Assembly (NCBI RefSeq): GCF_902459465.1 | Contig: NW_022985694.1 | Coordinates: 1 to 64,000, forward strand | DNA from: Asterias rubens | Taxonomy: Eukaryota | DNA length: 64,000 nucleotides | Direction of reading: 5' to 3' | Shown: in pieces, positions 47,601-58,745 of the stretch | Layout: the number at the start of each line of letters is the position of its first letter | Numbering within the stretch: the stretch's first letter is position 1 | The notes under the pieces: model-generated | Told to the model about the DNA's origin: nothing | What the model saw: the letters and a program-made list of their open reading frames with translations, nothing else | Databases searched by the model: none | Program-made: the position numbers and the translations under genes

Positions 47601-50417
47601 TACATACCATTAGAGCTGCATACTCCATACAGCTTTGTGAGGAACGCATAATCGCCAAAGCTAAAAAGACGAAATTTATGCCCTCTGGAAATAGATAAAT
47701 CAAACAAAGTTTTGTTAAAAATACTAATTATAAAGGTCACTCTGGTTGAATGAATCCTGTTTTTATAATTATTAGTATCAAATAATTATAACTACCTCCA
47801 TTCCAGATTGGCAAGATCACTGATTTGGTCGATTACACGAGGAAGAGTTTTCATCAGGTTGTAGTAGCTGTCATCTCCACAAAAGCATGCACAAGTGACT
47901 GTGTTCTTTAAGCTGTTGGGATGAACTACATTGATGATTTGGAAGGCCATTTTGAACGATGATCCACCCTTGTCCCCGCCGAACTTCACCCATATTTCAT
48001 TATCCGGGATTACGCCGTTATGCCACGTGAGTGAGTTTGTCCTGTTTAAATTGAAGAAAAAGTCAGTAATTATAGACAATACTAACAGCATCTTATTAAT
48101 AATGATGTTTTTATTTATTTAAATAATACTTACAGATCCAGTCGGTCAAGGTAGTCGAAGATCATGGTGCAAACATCATTTATTCTGAAAAAAGGGTGCA
48201 TCTTGAAGAATATAACCAGCAATTGCATCTGCTTTGGAGCTCGAAAATTGCAGAGCAACCATTTCACCCTCAACATAATTCTTCAGAAGTTCTTTCTGGC
48301 TACGTCGCATGGCTCTTTCGGAAGAAATTGTTGGAGTCGGCATGTAGCTGAAAAAAGGGTAATATAACATATGGCATGATGAAATACATGTACTGAACAA
48401 CTTTTTATGATATATTAAATATTGCCATTTGTTTTCAAAGTTAGTTCTGATATGTACATACCGTCGTATTTTCCGCACTTGGTCCCATGCCAAATGAGCA
48501 TCTCGCATCATAGCTAGGGCCTTGTTGGGTGGCATTGGGGAAGTTTCCTTTTCACATGAACTTTGCGTTTCATCTTGTTTCGTGCTAGAAACCTGGCGTA
48601 TTTGAGCAGGCTGTGTAAAAAGGAATAAATATTAGTTTTCATTATCTATCGTAGCATTGTTTCATTGACATTAAAACAATTCCTTGACAGTGACACCAAT
48701 TTATAAAACGCTGAGGATTTGTTAATGTAAATACTTACCCTGCCTCCTGTTTCTAACGTGGCAACCTTTCCTCTCTGGTTCAACTTGATCCAGGTCCAGC
48801 GATCAGCTGCCTTCTCAACTGCCAGGGGAATTGGCCGCCCAGGGGGATGCGACAGGGCACTCTTGCGGAGGATAGCAGCAGCTTCAGCGAGACTATCCTC
48901 GGGACTAGTTGGGGCGACACTCTCTACGACAGTGCATCGTCGGTGTTTACTTTGTGGGTCATTCAACTTCGGTGATGCATGACACGAATGGGCTGCTAGG
49001 CTTTGCAGTCGACCAATGACCCCACAGAGACCACAAGCTACATCCAAGTTTTGAAGCTGTACGTTCAAAATTCGTGGACTTTCTCGAATATCAGTGAACT
49101 GAATTTGTGACATGCAAGATGGACATTTGAGTAGAGTTGATCGATTAAATTTGAAATATGAGGACAAACAAACTGCACAAAAATAATGCTCACAGGGTGT
49201 TTGCACTGAGGGTTTTGAAATAATACACTGACAAATTGAGCAAATAAAGACAGAATGTTCATCAGCTTTCCTTCCAAATACTTCTAAATTTGGAGAACTT
49301 TCGAGCAGAACGTCTTGGGTTGTCTGGGATAGGTGCTCAAATATGTTGCTCGAAGAGATGTTAAAAGGAAGTTCTACCACGGCAGATATCGGCTTGGTAG
49401 CAGCCCTACTTTTAGGTTGCGGTCCAGTTTTAGAATTAGTGTGGTACAAATCGCAGATTTTACACCGTTTATTTCTTGTATGTTTTGTCCAGTCAACTGC
49501 TGGTGTATCTGGAGTTTTGTAGTCCCTAGTCCCTGCCTGTAAATGTCTTACTTTTCTCGAACAGTTTAAACAAATATACCTTGGGTGCGTATCACTACTG
49601 TCCTCCCAAGTGTTTACTCCAAAAATCAGAGAAATTTCTTTTCTACAGCTTGAAGCCTCTACTAGTTTCCTAGTATCCTGGGCTTTGTGTGTTAGCCTTT
49701 TTCCACAACAACGGCACAATTTACGAAGAATATTTAAATGGAAATCATAGCTGCTCATTATTCAACGTGTATAAAACATGCATAGACGGCTGCTGTGAAG
49801 CACCTCAAATAATGCCTATTCGTTTGTACACGGAAAACTTTTTTTCATTTCCGCGGGCTTTCTGTGACGTCACTCGTATTGACTAACACACAACGTTCAC
49901 ACAGCCCGTACGTTCATTTCAGAAGCCGGCGTACAAAGTTCCCCAAAACAAATGCCTATAAGTCTCTAAAACTTTCTGGCCCAGATTTGTAACCTAAATT
50001 TTAATAAAGATATGATTGTAAATATTTGTAATCACGTTTGTGTATATCTGTATAATTGGAGAGGAATTTGTTTTCGACGTTTTTCTGAAGTGTTTATGTA
50101 ATGAGAGAATACAATAAAATAACACAAAAAGTTACACAAAAGACGTAAGATTTTCCGTTTATTTTATTTAAAACATTTTAATCATCAGAAACTTATCAAA
50201 TATAATATAACTAAGAAAAAACATTATATTCCTGGTGATGAAAGTTACACAGTATTTGAAAAAAAATGGTGAAAAACGATCGTCCGATCGTGTAATTTTT
50301 CACGTTTATGGGGGCCGCCATCTTGGTTTTGGTTCGTGCGTTACTGGAGTAAACAAACACCACCGTGCGTTTGTTAATACTTTTTTACGCACGGTCTATG
50401 GGAGCGGAACAGCCGTG
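44647..50417 (-). mobile_element. Chapaev-type DNA transposon (RAG1/Transib-related transposase), 5,771 bp, with a 4-bp TSD
   Basis: ACTA|CACGGCTGTT at 44647 and AACAGCCGTG|ACTA at 50417 give a 10-bp perfect TIR and an ACTA TSD. Removing the element and one TSD copy restores the LINE reading frame. Confidence 0.92.
45837..49758 (-). CDS. 10-exon Chapaev/RAG1-like transposase (~957 aa): Chapa zinc module, RING finger, GGRP motif and RAG1-core-like DDE domain; one extra T near 48190
   Basis: Minus-strand exons 49758-48739, 48610-48462, 48347-48134, 48041-47796, 47684-47608, 47476-47271, 47156-46839, 46751-46605, 46464-46254 and 46123-45837, all GT-AG and phase-compatible. Motifs H-x7-CRCCG..D-x4-H-x4-C-x2-C..W..C-x2-C; RING CSICQC..PCEHYFCAVC..CPSC; GGR|PAQ; KFGGDKGG; FGDY; CCIYC; LHISLG; FVGNH; TPKLHMLEEH..LNEQGGELLH. 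Confidence 0.88.
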
Positions 50418-51975
50418 ACTACCCAGTGACCACACGAACTACGAACAATCCAAACGCAAACTTGCAGAAGTGCTTGTCAAAGCTAAATCTGTCTTCTATA
50501 GAGAGTCGTTGATAGGATCCAGTCCAAATGAAGTCTTCCGAATCGTCAATAACCTCACTGGTAAACCCCGGTTAACCCCATCAATCCAGGACTCGCCCAC
50601 AGTTCTTGCTCAAGCTTTCAGTACATTTTTCACTGACAGAATTAAAAATATCCGAGCTCATATGGATGACGTTCAACTTGATCCAACTTCATCGGCTAAT
50701 ATGCATACATGCCCCCCAAGTGCTCAGTTCATGCATTTCATGCCGATCACCGAAGATTACCTTCATAAAGTGATCAATAACTCAGCGACAAAATCATGCC
50801 AGCTCGACATAGTTCCAACTTGGACATTCAAAAAGCATACGGCTACATTCTTACCGAAGCTAACGGAGATTGTAAATACCTCACTGACATCAGGTGTTTT
50901 CCCAGAACTATTCAAACAGGCCGTCATCACTCCTAGCCTGAAAAAACAATCTCTTACTAAAGAAGTACTCAAAAATTATCGCCCCATTTCTAATCTCCAG
51001 TACCTAGCCAAACTTTTGGAAAAGATCGCCTGTGAACAACTATCCCGACATATTGTTCAACATCAGCTAGCAGAGCCTCTACAGTCAGCATACAGGCCCA
51101 ATCACAGCACCGAGACTGCTCTGCTTCATGTACAAAATGACATCCTTAGAGCAATCAACAAAAACAATGCCATTTTCATGGTCATGCTGGACCTCTCCGC
51201 CGCCTTCGATACCCTAGACCACCAAACCCTCCTGCAACGCTTCCATGACAGATTTGGTATAACCAACACAGCGCTCGACTGGTTCACGTCATACTTCAAC
51301 AATCGCAAGAGTCGGGTTATCCTACCTGGCGGTGTCACCTCCGATGAAACTGTTCTTCGTTTCGGTGTCCCACAAGGATCTGTTATAGGTCCTCAGGCTT
51401 TCACCATGTACCTGTCCCCAATCGGTCATCTTCTTCGTCAGCATGAGGTCAAGTTTCACATGTATGCAGATGACATCCAAATCTACGTAGAATTTGACCC
51501 CAAAATCCCCAATGATGCAGAATGTGGGCTGTTCAAGCTCTCGAAGTGCATCAGTGACGTTCAACACTGGATGTCAAGCAACAAGCTTCAGCTAAATGGA
51601 GAGAAAACTGAATTTTTCATTGCCTCTTCAAGCTGTAACTACAAACATCTTGCCCATCTGACTCTCACTATAAACAACAGCACACTCCACCCATCAACTT
51701 CCATCCGGAATCTTGGTGTTGTCTTTGACAATACTATGTCGATGAGTGATCATTTCACATCAGTCTGCAAATCAGCTAACTACCACCTCCGTAATATCGG
51801 TAGAATCCGAAAGTACATTGACGCTGAAGCCTGTCACGCCACTGTTAGGGCACTTGTACTCTCCAGATTGGACTACTGCAACTCTTTGTTAAGTGGTTTC
51901 AAGCAATCTGATTTAGGCAAGTTACAAAAGATACAAAACAGAGCATCCCGTATCATCTTCTCCTACCCATTGTAG

Positions 51976-52798
51976 CTGTAATTCAGTTTAATTTCATGTG
52001 CAATCTGAATAAATACCTTGTGGAATCTACCTCAATCAATTAAACTTGCCCGGATCATTTTATTTTTGTGATTGTCTAAATTAAATGTGAGTAGCACAAA
52101 CTTAAATTATTTGCGCCTATTTACCTTGCAAATTCAAGTTACATACAATAATATAATTTTGTTGGGTTAATAACCAAATTCAATTAAATCAAACAAACCC
52201 ATACTGAGTAAAATTGAATTGATTTAATCAAGTTTTTAGTTAATTTTACTTCAAATGAAAAGTAGCGCCCACTTCGAATTGTAAGTTAATTCAACTTGCC
52301 ATAGGAAGTAATATTAGTTGCATCACAATGAGTAAATCAAGCTGTGATATTTTAAGTTTAACAAACTTGGGGAATACAAGTACAAAGAACTTATATTCTT
52401 GTCCAGTTCAAATTACTCAATTATATCGAGTCAACAAACTTGCCTTAATACAATTAAGTAATTCGAAGAAAACGCGTTTTGAGTTTATTTTACTTACAAT
52501 TAAACGTAGCGCCTACTTCTAGCCTCAAGTTATTTCAACTTGCCTTAGATTTGAGTAATAGTAAATGAATCGTAATATGTCATCCCAACTCATTTCAAAT
52601 CAGTAAAGCTAACTTGAAAAAGCGAGGAACACATAATTTTTAAGTTAACTGGACTTTGACATTTTAAGTTTAAATAACTTGAGAAATAAAAGTACCAAGA
52701 ACTTAAATTCTTATCCCGTTCAATCTACTCAATAAAATTGAGGCAACAAACTTGCCTTAATAAAATTAAGTAAGTTGAACAAAACATTTTTTTGAGTG
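51976..52798. mobile_element. Orphan EnSpm right end of the element B family (subterminal repeats plus TIR)
   Basis: Ends ...acatttttttgagtg|TA at 52798. Its reverse complement (cactcaaaaaaatgttttgttcaacttacttaattttattaaggcaagtttgttgc) resembles the element B right end (cactcaaaaaaatatttctttcgatttacttaaaaaaaataaggcaattttgttgc). Confidence 0.75.
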
Positions 52799-53111
52799 TA
52801 GTAATGACCGCGTAATAGTAAAACAGTCATCTCAGAAGAGCTCATTATATAGTAATTACTAAATGGCAAATGGCAAGTAGCAAAAACATGGAACGCGAAA
52901 AACTAACAATAACTTGGATAAACATGACGGGAAAGACTGTCATGGGGGTGGACTACCCTCGAGCATTTGGGGATTATTCTGCCCCAAACGAAGTAGGGAA
53001 CAACTAGAAATTTACAAGTCAACAATAAAGTCTTTCGACCAGGGAGGCAGCGCCGACGACTGGAGCGTCTGGGTTGAGTTTGAGATACGTAGGGCAAATC
53101 CAGTGCAGCAC

Positions 53112-53402
53112 TAGTCTAGGTTCCTAGACCATTGGTGTTGCGTGGTCACACACAACCAACGTTCCGATTATGTACACGCTTGTAATGAACGAACGCTAGC
53201 GGGCGCTCTGTTTCTCTGATTTCCTATGTCCTAGACCATTGGTGTTGCGTGGTCACACACAACCAACGTTCCGATTATGTACACGCTTGTAATGAACGAA
53301 CGCTAGCGGGCGGGCGCTCTGTTTCTCTGATTTCCGGATCTCCCCATGTCCTGTGCTCACCAAGGTCTAGGACATTTGCAAATTGAAGGCGTGGCCAGAC
53401 TA
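53112..53402. mobile_element. Short element with TAGTCT ends (Academ-like) containing a 107-bp tandem duplication
   Basis: Starts TAGTCTAGGTTCCTAGACC and ends GGTCTAGG...GGCCAGACTA. The duplicated unit tcctagaccattggtgttgcg... starts at 53122 and 53229. No clear TSD. Confidence 0.4.
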
Positions 53403-53548
53403 TGCAAATGACTCGTAATGCATGTAATATTCATATCACCTGACGGGTTGAAGGTGACTATTCAAACTGGATGGAGTCAAAGGTCACGCGTTGCTGTGTT
53501 ACGACATGTAGTAGTGTGCACGTGTACACACATATCATCACAATCATC

Positions 53549-53989
53549 ATGGCGGCGTCCGTGAAACTAAGTGAGGCCGATATATTTCAAGCTAAAGAAC
53601 ATGCCTGCAGTCGCTTGGGCTTGAATGCTCTCAAGAAACAACAATCTGAAGCTCTTGATGCCTATCTCCGCGGGCACGACGTATTTATTTGCCTCCCTAC
53701 TGGCTTTGGAAAGAGTGTTGTATTCCAAGCAGCACCGATGTGTTGGGACTTCCTAAACGGCAACAATGTTGTCCCAGACGATTCGAACATTCCAAAATCT
53801 CTGGCCATAGTTGTTGTCCCCTTGAAGTCCTTAGCCATGAACCAATTGGAACGATGTCAGGCGATTGGTCTGGAAGCTGCCATTGCAATTGCAGAGATTT
53901 TAGATGAGGTTTGAGTTGCTGCAACTTCAATCTGTGTACAGTAGGGTGTGTGGCTTGTTCATCGACGAAAGCCATTGTGTTACTAAATG
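53549..53989 (+). pseudogene. N-terminal fragment of a RecQ-like SF2 helicase (possibly AcademH-type), internally deleted
   Basis: LKKQQSEAL (Q motif), DVFICLPTGFGKS (motif I) and AIVVVPLKSLAMNQ (motif Ia). After a stop and frame break it reads RVCGLFIDESHCVTKW (motif II), followed by a gtaagt donor; no downstream exons found. Confidence 0.75.
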
Positions 53990-54427
53990 GTAAGTCCAAA
54001 GCATACACTGGCTTGTATAGCACCATTCCATTCATTATTATATAGACCACACAGTGCTTTAAATAGTATAAACAGACAATAGGGCCCTACTACTATTTAC
54101 TAACTATAAAGTATAAGTATAATATAAATATAGTCTATACTAAATAATAATACTCAAATCAATAGTATTATTATTAAAAAAATTAAACATGTTCAAAAAT
54201 AGGTACTGGACACTTGTCAGTTTGTAATTGTAAAGCCAAAAATTGTCTCACTAAAGACCAGTCTTCTCACTTCGCGCACTTGGTGTAGGCCTATCTCAAC
54301 ATAGGTATGCATGATGCCATAAAATAACACTGACACGCAGACCTGTCTGTGAAAGTTTGAACTCAATTTGTCGTAAAATTTGCATGAATAAAACATTGGG
54401 CGACGAACTGCATAAAATACTGGTACA

Positions 54428-57400
54428 CAGGCCTCGATCTTTACCGCGGCCACCGCGGCAAATGGCCGCATGCCCTTCCAACTTTGCCGCATGCCCCTTA
54501 AAAAAATACACACGTTGCGGCCAACTTGGCCAGCGTGCCCTTTTGTATTTTACCGAGCTACCGTCATGACAATATGACAATCATACAAGTACAAATCAAG
54601 AACATTGTGTAGAGTTTCCGTGCATACAAAACACCATTCAACAAATGTTTGCGGTGAATATACTCCACGTCTGTATCGATATAACGTGTGTCGTAGCTAA
54701 ATATTAAAGTAAATATTTTAAAGGGACTCCACATTTCATTAAAAAGGAACACATTTTAAGTGTTTATATCAAAGGTATTACAATGTTTTAAGGTTTTTTA
54801 TAATAATCATTTCTACTGGATCCATATTTTAAAGAGACCATACATATAAATTGTTTAAATCTACATTTTAAAGGGACACTATACATTCTATTAAAATCAA
54901 AGGGTTCACATATTTAAGTTTTGTCTAAATTTTAAAAAGTATCATACATTTTTAAGTTAGTTAAATGATTCAAAGTTGTAGATGGGAATTAAATATTTTC
55001 TAGGCCTACATGGGATCATATATATATATATGTATTTTATTAAGCAGTAGCATCTTACAATTAATGCATTCTCAATTTAAAAGGTAATTATGTATTTTCC
55101 CTCTTTGCTTTTTCACAGGTAATCAACGAGTGTTGGTGGAGATACACCTAATACCGTGCCCGTACCACTGCCCCCTGCTGTCAATGATGCAGACACTGAT
55201 GAGATTGTCAATGATGAGCCTAGCAGTAGCACCCTTGTTACTCCAATGCCAGCATCAAACAAGCCTAAGAAGAGGAAACCTCGATGCGACACTGTAAAAG
55301 GATGGAATTTCAAATTGCTTGCATTTGAAGAAGATAATGGCTTCGTCCAAAAGGTTTGGTGTACCTTGTGCAGAAAGCATTCATATTCTGATGTTACATG
55401 TAAATCGTGGTCAGAAACAGCTGTGTGAGGTCGAGGCCTTTGTAGCTGGTACGCAAAATGTGAAAAAAGATACGGCAATGGGGCACCAATGGTCAAAGCT
55501 CCACTCAAGATGCGAGGACCTTGAGTATGAAGCATCCCAGCAGAACAAAATGACGGTCAAGGAGCGCCTTACAACCATAGATGTGTCAACAAAGACAAAG
55601 ATGTGCAAACTGTTTGACATCGCATATACAGTGGCAAAACGGGAACTTCCCTTCACAGTCTATCCAACATTAGTCAACATGGAAAAGAAACACGGAGTGC
55701 GTCTTGAGGAGACATATATTAATGACAAAGCTTGCAGAAGCTTCATCGACACCATTGGTGAGACCATGGTTGACAACTTGGACACAGACATCCTGGGCCA
55801 ACACAAGCGACCGCTCTACTTTTCACTACTGTTTGATGGTAGCGCTGATAAAGCATTTTCAGAGAAAGAAATTGTTACAGTTAAAGTTCTTAACAATGGC
55901 CTACCGGAGATGAGATTACTGGGAATTGCAGAACCTGCCAGCCATGCCGAAGCTGTTTACCAATCCATCATCACGAAATGCCAGGAACATAGATTGAAAC
56001 CTGAAGATTCGTTAGTTGCAGCAGCCGCTGATGGAGCATCTATCAACACAGGCCAGTATAATGGCGTATTTACGAAACTCACACAGACTGGTTCAGATGA
56101 TGGATGTCCATGGATGCTCAAAATTCACTGTGTTCCACATCGTATGGAGTTGGGTATCAAAGATGCATTCCACAAGTCATACTTCAACCAGATTGATAAA
56201 GTATTGGTCGATCTCTACTACATGTTTAAGAGATCTCCCAAGAAGTGGAGAGAACTGAAACGGCTTGGAACAACACTTGGAGTGCGGGTTACCAAGTTAG
56301 CAAGAGGTCATGGGACACGGTGGGTTGCACACAGGAAGAGTGCAGTACAGGCTCTTGACCACAACTATGAAGTCCTTGTGAGTCTCCTTGAAGACATGGC
56401 ATCAGGGCAGCGCAAAGACATCAAGGCTGATGACCAAGGAAAGATGAAGGGCTACTTGAAGATCATCAAGTCAGTTAAGTTTGTTTTCTGTTTGGCCTTC
56501 TATGCTGATATTCTTGATGATCTATCTCAGTTATCCCTGATATTTCAGTCGAATGAAACACCAATCTTCAAAGTTCGGGCAAGCACAGAGGCCACTCTAA
56601 ATTCCATCAGGGAACAACAGACCAAACCAGGCAAGATGCGGCAGCAGGTGATTGGAGAGCTCAGCACGGGCGAATTCAGAGGACACACATTGAGCAAGCA
56701 AGGTGATGATCCCGACCACAAAGGCTTCCACAAACTTGCTGCAGATACCATTAGCAATATTGTCAGATGTGTAGATTCACGACTTCGCTCATTTGCAGAG
56801 GATGATGTTTTTGTTGCAGCCGACATTCTTGACCCAACCAACTACCCTTCTAGAATTGACAAAGAAGGCCTCATGGAGTATGGTAATGATCATGTGCAGA
56901 TACTCACTGATCATTTCCAATCGCTTCTCATCAAACAGGGTTGTGAAATCAACAAAATTCATTCAGAGTGGACTCAAATTAAACTACACATCAGCAGAAA
57001 CCACACTCATCTACCGGCACATAAATTGTGGCAAAAGATGATCGTGCACAAATCAGCCGAGTTTTCCAATTTTCTGCACTTGGTTCACATCCTGCTCGTG
57101 TGCCCAATAGCCAGCGCACAAGTGGAGCGACAGTTCTCTGCAGTCAAGAGAATTCTAGGAGACTGGCGCCTGACCCTTGGACTGAAGACTATAGAAACTT
57201 TGCTGAGAATTTCTACTGAGGGACCAGACCCAGATGACTTCGCTCCTGAGTCATCAGTTGACAAGTGGTGGCATAATAGCACCAGAAGCAGACGACCACA
57301 TACTAAACCCCTCCACAAAATGGCATCTACCTCATCAGACATCTTGGAAAGCGATGGCTCCACAGACTCCGACTCAGATAGTGAAGCAGACATTGCTAGT

Positions 57401-58007
57401 GACAGTCCTGGCAAAGACTCTGATGGGGAAGACTTGCCAGACAGTGACTTTTAGATGACAAAGCAATAACATTAAATTTAAGATTAACAACACAGAATGC
57501 ATGCAGATTTCAGCTAATCGGCTGATTTCCTTGTTTTTTGTTTCTCAGCTAAATGAACAAACACAGTACAAAGTCTTGCTGTGCTTGGCACTTTCCTTTT
57601 TTGACAAACTGCAGTTGCATGCCTGTGTAATAAATAACAAATAATACACCTTTACCATGGTGCAGCCATCTTGTTTTTTACCATTCAAAACAATGTAAAA
57701 AAACTAAGGCTGGAAGGAAAAATAGTCTGGTACCATTTTATGTTATTATTTTAATTTACTATCAACATTTTCATTTGGTATAAAGGGAATGTGACCAATG
57801 GCTACATTGGCTCTTTGAATACGGTGTTACACATGTGACCTAGAAAATAGGCATTTATACACTGGCTGTAAATAAAGGTTACTTAAATTAAAGGTTTTGA
57901 AATGAATGGCCTTGGTGCCCCCTTGAGTTGGCCTTGGTGCCCTGTTAAATTTTGATGAGGGCAAGGCCAAAGTGGCCTGCCCCTTTTTTGCCCAAGATCG
58001 AGGCCTG
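54428..58007 (+). mobile_element. hAT DNA transposon (ZNF862/Tip100-like), 3,580 bp, with a 13-bp TIR and an apparent 6-bp TSD
   Basis: GGTACA|CAGGCCTCGATCT ... AGATCGAGGCCTG|GGTACA. Subterminal repeats gccgcatgccc on the left and ggccttggtgccc on the right. Confidence 0.9.
55156..57454 (+). CDS. hAT transposase with TTF-type zinc finger and dimerisation domain; one +1 frame break near 55385; 5' start uncertain
   Basis: W..KLL..VWCTLC in ORF 55156 joins FVAGTQNVKK..HQWSKLH in ORF 55319. Catalytic-region motifs SLLFDGSAD, AADGASIN, IHCVPHRMEL, TRW and PIASAQVERQFS, then R..L..IETLLRIS and an acidic tail. Confidence 0.9.
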
Positions 58008-58745
58008 GGTACAGTACTGCAAGACTTGATATGCACAGTATGAGATGGGGTTGAAATATTGTTTTTCAACCTGGTACAATGAAGCTTAAGCCTGTTTTGG
58101 TTCGTAAACGAGGTTGACAAATTTTTCTTTAACACCCATGGTTACGGTATATCAGTGGTACCGTGCCAGTATTGTTGTTCATGCTAAGTAGTGAGTTCAA
58201 AGTGGGTGCTTGCATAAAGTAAAGAGCCTCGGGACAAGCCTAGCAATGAACAAATTTAATGGCCCGAAGGACAAGGTTAACATTCAGTTTCAAAGTTTTA
58301 ACATTGCACATTGCATTGTTTATGTGAGGTGGACTACAACAATGAAATGAATTCTTCAATTGTATATTACAATGCACAATTGGATTATTACTACAAACTA
58401 CGATCCACTAAATATAAAATCCTCCTGTCGGTGAATGTATCGGAAACTTGCACGTTTTCTAATTGGTATTTTACAGGGGCCAATCTGCAGGGAAAACAGC
58501 AGCATTCCGAAAGTTATATGGGAACATTGGACAACTGCGGAGTCACCTCCAAACAGTGTGCTAGCTAGCGAGCTGTGCTGGCCGTGTTAGCACGGCCAGT
58601 TGGGCTGAAATCACGGGAAAAATTTTGATGCACGGCTTGGTGATGTTGGTTCAAGCCGTGCTGTCTAAATTTCAATAGTTCAATGAAACTGACCTTTTTT
58701 GTTAAGAGTCAGTTCAGGTAAATAAATGACATAGTTGCTCACGGT

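Larger units (their letters stand above)
44263..51970 (+). mobile_element. L2/CR1-group non-LTR retrotransposon ORF2 fragment (endonuclease tail plus reverse transcriptase), split by the Chapaev insertion and truncated at both ends
   Basis: 44263-44646 encodes ..ISDHGVV..ARRGRRQAERKWRKSRL, and 50422 onward continues in frame with PSDHTNYEQSKRKLAEVLVKAKS.. RT motifs KNYRPISNL, QSAYRPNHSTETAL, LDLSAAFDTLDH, GVPQGSVIGP, YADDIQIY, LGVVFD and SRLDYCNSLL. The ORF stops abruptly at ~51975. Confidence 0.92.

Noticed and set aside
44647-50417. ProtoRAG/RAGL element with RAG2, or a true RAG1 gene
   Set aside because: No kelch-repeat or RAG2-like ORF is present. The TSD is 4 bp (Transib/RAG-type elements give 5 bp), and the core motifs GGDKGG and GDY..L..LYG differ from RAG1 SCDG and GYDEK. 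Chapaev fits better.
55319-57454. Domesticated ZNF862 gene
   Set aside because: The ORF is bounded by intact TIRs and a TSD and has no KRAB domain; it is a transposon copy.
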